Positions 9,012-17,036 of a DNA stretch of 31,546 nt are shown here, piece after piece. The stretch is from Candidatus Aenigmatarchaeota archaeon (lineage in GTDB: Archaea > Aenigmatarchaeota > Aenigmatarchaeia > QMZP01 > QMZT01). The position numbers and the translations under genes are program-made. The number at the start of each line of letters is the position of its first letter. Within the stretch, counting starts at the first letter, position 1. The stretch is from NCBI GenBank assembly GCA_043808015.1, contig JAZDFI010000018.1, positions 1 to 31,546 of the forward strand. The letters are read 5' to 3'. The notes under the pieces were generated by a model that saw only the letters and a list, made by a program, of their open reading frames with translations, was not told the DNA's origin and searched no databases.

Positions 9012-9563
9012 TCACCTGAAATTTATCGTCTTGTCCGCGAACATGCCGAGATCCTTCATCAGCATTTCATTCTCTTCCGAAGGGATTGTGTCCTGTTTCA
9101 GGAGGATGAAGAGCTTTTTGACGTTCTCTTTCGTATCGTCCGACATGATGCTGTGCGTGAAGTTGATGACTGACGACGTCTGCTGGTAAATGAGAAGAGT
9201 GGATATCGTGTCGAAAAGTATGACGCTGCAGCTATTTTTATCGACCGCGTCCTTTATGGCGACGCGTATGGCGGCGAGATCACGCGGTGAGCTCACGAAA
9301 AAACAGTCCTTGCACGGCTCAGGGTCGTGGTAATGCGACGTGAGCACGTCTATGAAGAAGAAATCCGACAGATTGAACCCCTGCTTCGAAAGCTCCTCCC
9401 TCACGTCGCTGACGGGCTTGCTGAGGCACACGTAGCATATTTTCGTCTTCGTCTTCTCCACGCTGTTCATTATCTCTTCCATGCGCTGGACGTACTCGCT
9501 CTCCTCCATCATTATCAGGAGGAACCGGTTGCTGCTGATTTCCTTGATGAGATCCAGTGCCAT
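9012..9563 (-). CDS. Inactivated KaiC/RecA-fold domain protein (iKaiC/DUF835-like)
   Basis: ICYVCLSKP, FFFIDV and ILFDTISTLLIY strands typical of KaiC-fold proteins, but no Walker A. Confidence 0.75.
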   Translation of the reverse strand: MALDLIKEISSNRFLLIMMEESEYVQRMEEIMNSVEKTKTKICYVCLSKPVSDVREELSKQGFNLSDFFFIDVLTSHYHDPEPCKDCFFVSSPRDLAAIRVAIKDAVDKNSCSVILFDTISTLLIYQQTSSVINFTHSIMSDDTKENVKKLFILLKQDTIPSEENEMLMKDLGMFADKTINFR

Positions 9564-9658
9564 GAGTGTAATTGGCGGTGCAACTTATAAATTTAACTTC
9601 AAAATGTTTAAACATATCAACTGTTTTATAAGCAAAAGCGATAATAATATATAAACGG
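9564..9658. promoter_or_regulatory. Divergent archaeal promoters (iKaiC / UbiA-rSAM)
   Basis: TTTATAAG on minus (9584-9591) and TTTTATAA on plus (9624-9631), 20-27 nt from the respective ATGs, consistent with leaderless or very short-leader mRNAs. Confidence 0.6.
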
Positions 9659-10477
9659 ATGGAAAATTTGCACGTTTTTGCCATAAAAGAGTTCCTTTCG
9701 TTCATAAGGCCGGAAAACTGCTTTTTCACGGCAGGCATAGCGGTCTCCGGATACATGATTTTCAACCAGGCAAACGCGGTTTTGCTGCCCCTTTTTCTTG
9801 CCATCTTCTGCGGCACCGGCGCCAGCTATGCCTACAATCACCTCACGGACAAGGCTGAGGATGCCATTAACAGGAGCAGGCTTAACGCCTTCGTGCTCGA
9901 CGGGAAGAGAGGAAGGAACGCGGTCGCCGCGCTTTACTTGACCGGGCTCGCATTCTCCATTTTCACGTCCTTTATGTCTTTGCTTGTCTACCTCTTCCTG
10001 CTGCTCATAAGCTTTCTTTATTCCGGCGACGCGAGGCTAAAGGAAAAGTTCATAGTGAAGAACGTCAACACGGGGATGGGCATAGCGCTCTCTTTTCTCG
10101 TGGGCGCGATGGCCGGCGGCCTCGCGAGCGCGGATATGCTGCTTTACGTTTTGATAGTGTTCATGCTGGGTTTTGCCGCCAACGTGCTGGGCGATATAAA
10201 GGGATGCATAGGCGACAAGGCCATCGGCATGAAGACCCTGCCCATACTGCTGGGGACGGAAAAAACGAAAGTGATAATATATTCGGTCGTATCGCTCATG
10301 TCCGTCCTTGTCGTCGCGCTTGGCTACGCTGCTTTTTACCCGCTGCTGCCGTTCATGGCCGCCGCGATTTTCCTGCTCCATGCCGGCAGGATGAAGGCGA
10401 CCCGCGCCTCGCTGCTTTCCTCGTTCACTTTTTTGCCGCTGATGCTGGTTTTGACAAAAATTATCGGTGGTGGTTGA
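9659..10477 (+). CDS. UbiA-family membrane prenyltransferase (divergent)
   Basis: IRPEN start, YNHLTDKAEDAINR first Asp-rich motif, LYS...RLK, GD..GMKTLP second motif, multiple TMs. Confidence 0.85.
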   Translation: MENLHVFAIKEFLSFIRPENCFFTAGIAVSGYMIFNQANAVLLPLFLAIFCGTGASYAYNHLTDKAEDAINRSRLNAFVLDGKRGRNAVAALYLTGLAFSIFTSFMSLLVYLFLLLISFLYSGDARLKEKFIVKNVNTGMGIALSFLVGAMAGGLASADMLLYVLIVFMLGFAANVLGDIKGCIGDKAIGMKTLPILLGTEKTKVIIYSVVSLMSVLVVALGYAAFYPLLPFMAAAIFLLHAGRMKATRASLLSSFTFLPLMLVLTKIIGGG

Positions 10478-10478
10478 C

Positions 10479-11576
10479 ATGTGTGTCGTTACGTTCGATT
10501 GGGAAGAGAACGACGCGAAGGAAAAGGTTGAGCAGTTCAGGAAAATGGGCTCGGTGGCTTGGGCCGTGATAGAGGTCACCAACAACTGCAATCTGAACTG
10601 CAAATGGTGCTATGCCAATTCGGGCTATAAGACCCGGGTTAAAAGGGAGCACATGGACTTCGAAAGTCTCGAAAAACTTGTAAGGACGCTTCAGGACGCC
10701 GGCGTCAGGCAAATAACGTATTCCGGAGGCGAGCCGACGGTATATCCCAAAATACGGGAAGCCGTGGCGCTGGCGAAAGGCCACGATTTCATAGTGCACA
10801 TGAACACGAACGGCTTCAGTTTGACTAAAACCCTCGCGCGCGAGCTGAAAAAAGCCGGCCTCACGCAGATACAGACGAACATAGACAGCGTGGACCCGCG
10901 GAAGCACGACGCCATAAGGGGCAGGAAAGGCTCTTTCTCGCGCGCAGTTAAGGCCCTGAAGAACGCCAGAGAAATGGGCATGACGTGCGTGTCGCAGACC
11001 GTTCTTACCAGGGAGAACGAGGAAGAGATAGAATGCATATTCAGCTTTGCCAGGGGCCTGGGCATACAGCGGTGCAGGATATGGGACATGATGCCTTCTC
11101 ACGGCACCGCGATCGAAAATATAGACCTCAAGCCGGACGATTACATCGAGTCCCTGAGAAAACTCGTGGATTACGCAGAGAGGACGGGATGCAGGCACAT
11201 AGAAGCTGGGGAGCCGTTTTTCCCGGCCGGGTGCGGCAAGGCCATGAAGGTTTCCCACGTGCCATGCGTGGCCTCGCACGGGGTGCTGGCCAACTTCGCC
11301 TACAACGGCGACGTATACTACTGCGTGACCCAGAGGAAACCGATGTTCAACGTTTTCAGGGACCTTGAAGGCGGTTTTGAATCATTCTACAAAAAAGAGC
11401 TTGATAAATTATTGAAGTCTGAAAGGCTCAACCCCGAATGCGCGGTGTGCGGCATGCTGGAAACATGCAAGGGCGGCTGCCTCACCAGAAGAAGCTACGC
11501 CGCGGACGGGAAGGACTACTGGTGCCATGTCAGGCCTTCGAGTAGACAACCCGGAGCGTTTTGCCGCGCAGGCTGA
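10479..11576 (+). CDS. Radical SAM protein with SPASM domain
   Basis: CNLNCKWC, SGGEP, TNG, HDAIRG..GSF; C-terminal C...GDVYYC...CAVC.....CKGGC...WC. ATG at 10479 follows the UbiA stop. Confidence 0.92.
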   Translation: MCVVTFDWEENDAKEKVEQFRKMGSVAWAVIEVTNNCNLNCKWCYANSGYKTRVKREHMDFESLEKLVRTLQDAGVRQITYSGGEPTVYPKIREAVALAKGHDFIVHMNTNGFSLTKTLARELKKAGLTQIQTNIDSVDPRKHDAIRGRKGSFSRAVKALKNAREMGMTCVSQTVLTRENEEEIECIFSFARGLGIQRCRIWDMMPSHGTAIENIDLKPDDYIESLRKLVDYAERTGCRHIEAGEPFFPAGCGKAMKVSHVPCVASHGVLANFAYNGDVYYCVTQRKPMFNVFRDLEGGFESFYKKELDKLLKSERLNPECAVCGMLETCKGGCLTRRSYAADGKDYWCHVRPSSRQPGAFCRAG

Positions 11577-12540
11577 CGCTTTGAATGGCGAATCTCCCGT
11601 CCACGACGCGCATGAAGCCGAGGATGGAATTGATTAGGAACGTCCAGTTGTCAGCGCCCTTCTGCAGCCCGAACGGCGGATGCATTATTTCGAAAACTGT
11701 TTTTTCATCATCGGTTATTATTTTCACCAGGCCCCATCCCATCGCGTGGAGGAGGTTTTTCAACAGGCCGAGCCTGCTGACGTCGGAAGCGTCCTTGTCC
11801 AGTATGGCATTGAAGAACCTGTACGATATGCCGGCTATCTCTCCTGCCATTATGTTTTTCTCCCCCACGAGATGGTACAGCGTGTTTTCGACCGTATAAA
11901 CCGGCCTGTTCCTGAAAAATATCCTGTTTTCCCTGAGGTGAAAAATCCTGTTCCTCGAGGCCTTGTCCAGTGTCAGCCCGTTTATAGGCTTGAAATGGTT
12001 GAGCCTTTCGTACGTTTTCCTTTCCTTCGGCAGGACTTCCGGCGGTTTTTTGCCGCTCTTCCTGAAAACGTAGCTGCTGATTTCCTTTTTCTGCGCAACG
12101 CTCACGATATCTATGCCGGAGCTGAAAAATGAGTTGCATATGCCCAGAAAAAGGCCGACGGAAAACATGTTATCACCGATTGCGCCGGTTATTGCCTCGC
12201 CCCTCGTCACTATCTCTATGACGTCGCCCCTTTTCTCCATCCTGAAATCTTCCATCATGCCGAGATTCGTCCATACTTTCCTCATAATGCCGGAAAACAC
12301 GGGCAGCGGCAGCTTCTTGATGACACTTGGAACCAGCTGGTCGAAATACAGCAGCATCCACGTCTGGCCGATTTCCATCATTTCGCCGGCATGGCCCGCA
12401 CGCTCGCATATCTTCACGTATTCCGTGAATATGTCGCCGAAAAAAAGGCTGTTTCTTCTTTTGTTTATTTTTAGCCGGTTTATTACCCCGCCGACTTCAG
12501 TTTCCAGTATTTTTTTTCTCAGCAGTTCTGATATTTTCAT
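11530..12540 (-). CDS. Protein with two tandem V4R/XylR-N-like small-ligand-binding domains
   Basis: Two repeats: WTNLGM...GLFLGICNSFF and RIFFRNRP...AMGWGLVKI...SILGFM. The GWG and G-x3-G helix features match the V4R/H-NOX fold. 3' end overlaps the rSAM gene by 47 nt. Confidence 0.6.
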   Translation of the reverse strand: MKISELLRKKILETEVGGVINRLKINKRRNSLFFGDIFTEYVKICERAGHAGEMMEIGQTWMLLYFDQLVPSVIKKLPLPVFSGIMRKVWTNLGMMEDFRMEKRGDVIEIVTRGEAITGAIGDNMFSVGLFLGICNSFFSSGIDIVSVAQKKEISSYVFRKSGKKPPEVLPKERKTYERLNHFKPINGLTLDKASRNRIFHLRENRIFFRNRPVYTVENTLYHLVGEKNIMAGEIAGISYRFFNAILDKDASDVSRLGLLKNLLHAMGWGLVKIITDDEKTVFEIMHPPFGLQKGADNWTFLINSILGFMRVVDGRFAIQSVSLRGKTLRVVYSKA

Positions 12541-12586
12541 AAAGCATTCGCATGGATGTTTTCTAAGCGAACCTGAAATGGCAGCG

Positions 12587-13255
12587 TCAGATTATCTTGG
12601 TCTCTGTTATCCTGATTTCCTTTGAGTCTATGACAATCTCATGAGGTACTTTGGGCTCGAAGCTCGCGTATCTCATCTTATGGATTGTCATGATTCTCTG
12701 GGGCTTTTCCTCGAGCTCCAGGAACGACATGGAAAGCACGCCGTCGCACTCGAACGACTCCCCGTTGCCCGTGTCTATGTGCTCGCCTCTCGTCTCGCAT
12801 ATAAGGAGCGTGCACCCCATCTGCCTGAGGCTTTTCACCAGTTCGGATAGGTGTATCCTGTAGGAGCGCTCGTTCTCGGCGAAGATGAGCAGCTTGTTGA
12901 CGTTGTCTATGACAAGCCTGTCTATCTTCGGATACGACGCGATTATGTCTATGAACTTCTTCATGGTGATGTTCTCGCCGAGCGGTATGTGCTCTATGGC
13001 GAAATTCTTGCCCACGTATTTCTCCATGGCGCCGAGCGACTCGATGCCCTTGCTGGCGCGGAGAAGCTCGTCCTTCGTCTCGTTAAGCGAGACGTAGCAG
13101 CATCTCTCCTTTTTGAGAATGCCTTCCATGAGGAAATTCATGGCGAATAACGTCTTGCCGGAGCCGGGTCCGCCTGAAACAAGGACCGTCGTTTTCCCCG
13201 GGAATCCCCCTCCGAGCAGCTTGTCCAGCTTCTTGATGCCAGTTCCTATGAACAT
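12587..13255 (-). CDS. Single-domain KaiC-like (RAD55/GvpD-type) ATPase
   Basis: TGIKKLDKLLGGG, Walker A GGPGSGKT, Walker B LVIDN, KMR finger. Confidence 0.9.
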   Translation of the reverse strand: MFIGTGIKKLDKLLGGGFPGKTTVLVSGGPGSGKTLFAMNFLMEGILKKERCCYVSLNETKDELLRASKGIESLGAMEKYVGKNFAIEHIPLGENITMKKFIDIIASYPKIDRLVIDNVNKLLIFAENERSYRIHLSELVKSLRQMGCTLLICETRGEHIDTGNGESFECDGVLSMSFLELEEKPQRIMTIHKMRYASFEPKVPHEIVIDSKEIRITETKII

Positions 13256-13259
13256 AGTC

Positions 13260-13601
13260 TCACTCCTTAGCCTCCCCGTCCTTGAAGACAGGAATGCCGA
13301 ACGCCGACTTCTTGATCTTTATGAGAAGATACGTGTCGTCGTTTATGCTGAACATCCTGGCCGGGACCTTTTTATCGAGTATCCTTATATCGAATTTCTC
13401 GAGTATTTTTTTTGGAAGCATGACTCTGTTGCTGTTGCCCAGCTTCCCCGTCGTGAGCAAATAGCTCATGAAATTATGGCTGGTGGGCAGGAGAAGCAGG
13501 TTGGAAGTGTGGTTGCTGAGCGTTTCGTATTCCAACTTCGATATCTTGAGATTTACAAATACATTGTCCCTTTTGACGTCTATTGTTTGTATCTCGGCCA
13601 T
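13260..13601 (-). CDS. Hypothetical protein, possible AbrB-like swapped-hairpin domain
   Basis: GKLGNSNRVMLPKKILEKFDI resembles the AbrB/MazE 'GNS..V.LPK' hairpin; co-oriented 4 nt upstream of the KaiC gene. Confidence 0.6.
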   Translation of the reverse strand: MAEIQTIDVKRDNVFVNLKISKLEYETLSNHTSNLLLLPTSHNFMSYLLTTGKLGNSNRVMLPKKILEKFDIRILDKKVPARMFSINDDTYLLIKIKKSAFGIPVFKDGEAKE

Positions 13602-13697
13602 AAGTTATATATTTAGGCGTAATATTTAAACTTTTCCTGCTTTTTGATTACCCCGGACGGCTGCGAAATTTATTAGCAGCGGATTCAATACGTTTAT
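13602..13697. promoter_or_regulatory. Divergent promoters between the two KaiC transcription units
   Basis: TTTAAATA on minus (13623-13630); BRE-like CGAAA + TTTATTAG on plus (13669-13676); each about 21 nt from its ATG. Confidence 0.6.
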
Positions 13698-14561
13698 ATG
13701 ATTTCGCGCAAGAAGAAAAAACCGGTTTCTGCAGAAAAGGCCAGGAAAGCCGAACCGGAAAAGGCGAAGCCCGTCGCTAGCGACGTCGCTAGCGTGAAAC
13801 CGGCGCCTGCCAAGAAGAAGGAAAGTGATGATTTCATAAAAACCGGCATAGAGGGCTTCGATGGCCTCATCGAGAAAGGCATACCCAAAGGGTCTGCGAT
13901 ACTCATAGCGGGCGGCGCAGGCTCGGGCAAGACCATCATGTGCCTCCAGATACTCGCTCACGCCGCCAAGAACGGGAAGAAGGGACTGTATATGTCCTTC
14001 GAGGAGTCAGAATCACGCCTGCGAAAACACATGGAGGATTTCGGGTGGAACGCAGCCGAATACGAAAAGAAAGGTAATCTCATGATAAAGAGGATGAGCT
14101 CATACGAGATAGCGCGCGCCGTCGAAGGATTACTAGCGAAAGAGAGAGGCGAACTGCTCATCGATCTCGATCCTCTGCTCCTGCCGGACAACTATAAACC
14201 GGACATCGTGGTCCTAGACTCGCTGAGCGCGATCGCATCGTATTTCATGGGCAAGACCGGCCAGTACAGGAGTTACGTCGAGCAGCTGTTCAGGTATTTC
14301 GAGCGCATGGGAACGACGTCTTTCATGATAGCGGAGACAAAGCAGATCCCGGAGGTATTCAGCCCGACGGGTGTGGAAGAGTTCCTCGCCGACGGAGTCG
14401 TCGTGTTATACAACATCCGCAAGGGCGACGTGCGCGAGAACGCGATAGAGATACTCAAGCTTCGTGGAACGAAACACATGAAAAAGATAGTAGCCATGCA
14501 AATTGTTGACAACCAGGGCATCGCCGTCTATCCGGATCAGGAAGTCTTCGGCGGGCTCTGA
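13698..14561 (+). CDS. Single-domain KaiC-like ATPase with Lys/Ala/Pro-rich N-terminal extension
   Basis: TGIEGFDGLI, Walker A GGAGSGKT, SFEES, VVLDSLS, GVEEFLADGVV, ILKLRGT. Confidence 0.92.
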   Translation: MISRKKKKPVSAEKARKAEPEKAKPVASDVASVKPAPAKKKESDDFIKTGIEGFDGLIEKGIPKGSAILIAGGAGSGKTIMCLQILAHAAKNGKKGLYMSFEESESRLRKHMEDFGWNAAEYEKKGNLMIKRMSSYEIARAVEGLLAKERGELLIDLDPLLLPDNYKPDIVVLDSLSAIASYFMGKTGQYRSYVEQLFRYFERMGTTSFMIAETKQIPEVFSPTGVEEFLADGVVVLYNIRKGDVRENAIEILKLRGTKHMKKIVAMQIVDNQGIAVYPDQEVFGGL

Positions 14562-14590
14562 ATAATCCAGGAAATTTTCCAGGTTATTTT

Positions 14591-14743
14591 TCAGTTCCAT
14601 ACGATGCTGTCTTCCTGCTCGTTCTCGAGAACCAGGCCGAACGGCGTGAAGAACGACGAGCATTTCGGACAGACGAACGCTTGTGGCGTCCTGTTCCATA
14701 TCCTGCCGTGAGCCCCGCATACTGGGCATTTCTCATCAAACAT
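14591..14743 (-). CDS. 50-aa zinc-finger microprotein (CPxCG type); absent from the ORF track
   Basis: Manual translation: MFDEKCPVCGAHGRIWNRTPQAFVCPKCSSFFTPFGLVLENEQEDSIVWN*; two CxxC knuckles; GAGGGT upstream; fills the gap after rpl32e. Confidence 0.8.
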   Translation of the reverse strand: MFDEKCPVCGAHGRIWNRTPQAFVCPKCSSFFTPFGLVLENEQEDSIVWN

Positions 14744-14793
14744 CTGCAGACCATACCCTCAAACAGCCGTGTTACGAAAAATAAGCTGTCAAT

Positions 14794-15186
14794 TTACTTT
14801 TTGTTGGCAACTTTTATATTGTTTTTGACAGCGAACTCCATGATTGCAAGGCGCTTTCTCTTGCCGACAGTGCCGGCTATGACCGCCATGTCGTCCTTGC
14901 GGTTCAGCTTTTCCATGTCTTTCGGGTTCCTTACAATGACTTCCCTGTAGCCCATCCTGTTAAGGCCGCGAACCGCAGCCGGTGCGCCGTATCCAATTCT
15001 CGGAAGCGCTCCCCTGGCGACCTCGTGCTCGCGGAGCTTCGAGTGGATTCCCCTCGGCTTGCGCCAATTGTGATCTAGCGTTTTCTTGCACCACCACTCC
15101 TGACGGAGGAATGACGGCTTTTTCTTTTTCATCTTCCTGCGAATCGCTAGAAGTTCCTCTTTCGTCTTCGTTTTTTCGTTGCTCAT
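14794..15186 (-). CDS. rpl32e: 50S ribosomal protein L32e
   Basis: KKPSFLRQEW, WRKPRGIHSKLR, IGYGAP..VRGL, VGKRKR. Confidence 0.95.
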   Translation of the reverse strand: MSNEKTKTKEELLAIRRKMKKKKPSFLRQEWWCKKTLDHNWRKPRGIHSKLREHEVARGALPRIGYGAPAAVRGLNRMGYREVIVRNPKDMEKLNRKDDMAVIAGTVGKRKRLAIMEFAVKNNIKVANKK

Positions 15187-15722
15187 TCCTCTCCCTCCAG
15201 GTATGGCTTCCTTGTTATGTAAAGGCCGTCTTGGAAGACTCGTTTATCATAACCGCGTATCCTTGTCGTCTGCTCTATCCTGCCGCACAATTGGCCGACC
15301 CGCTCCTTGTCGTGGCCCGACACTTTTATCAGGCTCTGGTCGAGTTCGACTTTCATGTCCAACGGGATTGGAACGCTCCTCGGGCTTTTCTCGCCGAGGA
15401 AGTTGTCGATGAGCAGCCGTCCCTTATCGACCTTGAGCTTTATCGGGAAGTGAGAATACACGAGCTTCAGCTCGGCTTTCCAGCTCTTATCGGTTCCCTT
15501 GAACATGTTCCTGACGAGCGTCTCCCAGGTGGAGACTATCGCGCGCACTTTCTTTCGCTCGTTGGGCGAAGTTATTACTATCTTATTCCCGTCGAGGCTC
15601 ATGCCGAGCATGGAGTTGACGAAGACCTTGCTCGCTTCGCCTTTCTTGCCCTTGACAGTAAGCTTTCCATTCGCCAGCGATACGTTCACGCCATCCGGGA
15701 TTTCTATCTCGTTCTTAAGCAT
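15183..15722 (-). CDS. rpl6: 50S ribosomal protein L6
   Basis: IEIPDGV, VYSHFPI, NFLGEK.PR, DKRVFQDGLYI. Confidence 0.97.
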   Translation of the reverse strand: MLKNEIEIPDGVNVSLANGKLTVKGKKGEASKVFVNSMLGMSLDGNKIVITSPNERKKVRAIVSTWETLVRNMFKGTDKSWKAELKLVYSHFPIKLKVDKGRLLIDNFLGEKSPRSVPIPLDMKVELDQSLIKVSGHDKERVGQLCGRIEQTTRIRGYDKRVFQDGLYITRKPYLEGEE

Positions 15723-15760
15723 AGGTTACACCTGAAATATGAATATCATTAGAAGGTAAT

Positions 15761-15768
15761 ATATTTAA
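15761..15768 (-). promoter_or_regulatory. Putative TATA box for rpl6-rpl32e
   Basis: TTAAATAT immediately after the rpoA'' stop, followed by an AGGTG SD before the rpl6 ATG. Confidence 0.5.
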
Positions 15769-15771
15769 GCG

Positions 15772-17034
15772 TTATTTCTTTTTCCTGGGAGCGGCTTTCT
15801 TCTTTTCCTTCGCTTTCGCAGGCTTTTCCTCTTTTTCCGCCTTCTTTTTTACGGGTTTCTCGGCTTTCTCTTCCTTCTTCTTTTCAGCCTTCGTCTCTTC
15901 ATCTTCATCGCCCGGCTGCTCCACATTGACCTCAGGCATGCGTCCGACCAGCGTAAATGCGCCTGTTCCCATGGGTATGACCTGGTTCATGATGATGTTT
16001 TCCACGTGCCCCTTGAGCGGGTCGCGCATCCCTTCGATAGCGGCGGCGATGATGTGTTTCTTCGTCTCCTCGAAAGCCATTCTCGCAAGAACCGAGTCCT
16101 TGTTTCCGGCGATGCCGTATCGCCCGATGCCCATTATCCTGCCGCCGGCTGTCATGAGATCGGCAAGCATCGAGACGTAGCGTATGTCGACGCCGAGGCC
16201 CTGCTCCTCTATCGTGCCGACGGCTTCCTTGATTATCGAATTTCTCGCCGCTTCTACGCCGAAGACGTCGTATATCTCGAACGGGTTGTTGCATGTCGTC
16301 CTCGTCGTGTCGACGCCCTCGATGGCAAGAACCTTGTGCAGGTTCGAGCCAAGCGTCGATATCACCCATTCGTCGCCTTCTTCTTTGCTGACGATGACGT
16401 GCGAAATGTTCTTCACGCCTTTTATATGCGTTTCCAGCAGCTTGTATTTCAGCTTGTGCAGGTTGACGTTCTCCGACTTCTTTGGCATGATTATGAGTTC
16501 CTTGCCTTTCGATTCGACGTCGATGTTCTTAATTTTGACGTGCTTCGGAAGGTCCTTCATGTCGACGTCGAAGCGTTTCAGCTTCTCGACATCCATCTGG
16601 CATGCAATGGTGAGGTTTATCAGGTCTATGATGTTGCTGAGGACGAAGTCCTTGAGCTTGACTTCCTTGATTTTCTTGGCTATCTCTATCGCCTTGGTCT
16701 CGCTGCCGTGCTCCTGGTCCAGATATATGGTCATGCTCGGGGTCTCGGGCTCTTTCTTCGCATCGAAAATCTCGGCCAGACGCGGCAGGCCCAGCGTGAC
16801 TTGTATGCCTGCGGTTCCTGCGAAGTGGTATGTTCGCATCGTCATCTGCGTCGCGGGTTCGGAAAGAGACTGCGCGCTGACGACTCCTACCGCTTCCTCG
16901 GGGTCATACATGGACATGCGGTAGAAGTGCTTCACCTTTTCGACTATCTCGTGCTTCTTCTCGCCCTCTATGCCCTTCTTCTTGCAATAGTCGTCGATTT
17001 CTTCCCTGATTTTCAGCGGCAGGTCTGTCATCAT
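15772..17034 (-). CDS. rpoA2: DNA-directed RNA polymerase subunit A'' (Rpo1C)
   Basis: AQSLSEPATQMTMRTYH, TLGLPRL, GVEAARN, AFEET, ENII....PMGTG; start at 17034 or 17031. Confidence 0.97.
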   Translation of the reverse strand: MMTDLPLKIREEIDDYCKKKGIEGEKKHEIVEKVKHFYRMSMYDPEEAVGVVSAQSLSEPATQMTMRTYHFAGTAGIQVTLGLPRLAEIFDAKKEPETPSMTIYLDQEHGSETKAIEIAKKIKEVKLKDFVLSNIIDLINLTIACQMDVEKLKRFDVDMKDLPKHVKIKNIDVESKGKELIIMPKKSENVNLHKLKYKLLETHIKGVKNISHVIVSKEEGDEWVISTLGSNLHKVLAIEGVDTTRTTCNNPFEIYDVFGVEAARNSIIKEAVGTIEEQGLGVDIRYVSMLADLMTAGGRIMGIGRYGIAGNKDSVLARMAFEETKKHIIAAAIEGMRDPLKGHVENIIMNQVIPMGTGAFTLVGRMPEVNVEQPGDEDEETKAEKKKEEKAEKPVKKKAEKEEKPAKAKEKKKAAPRKKK

Positions 17035-17036
17035 AA

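Noticed and set aside
13775-13794. Perfect 20-bp palindrome CGCTAGCGACGTCGCTAGCG in the KaiC N-terminal extension
   Set aside because: Explained by an in-frame tandem duplication of a self-complementary 12-mer (VASD-VASV) in a low-complexity linker; no evidence for an operator.
12587-14561. Circadian clock interpretation of the KaiC genes
   Set aside because: Single-domain ATPases with no KaiA or KaiB in the window; archaeal KaiC-like proteins are general signalling hubs.
1-14600. Signalling island as an integrated mobile element, or CRISPR/defence locus
   Set aside because: No integrase, transposase, att-like tRNA duplication, repeat-spacer array or cas gene was seen in the window.
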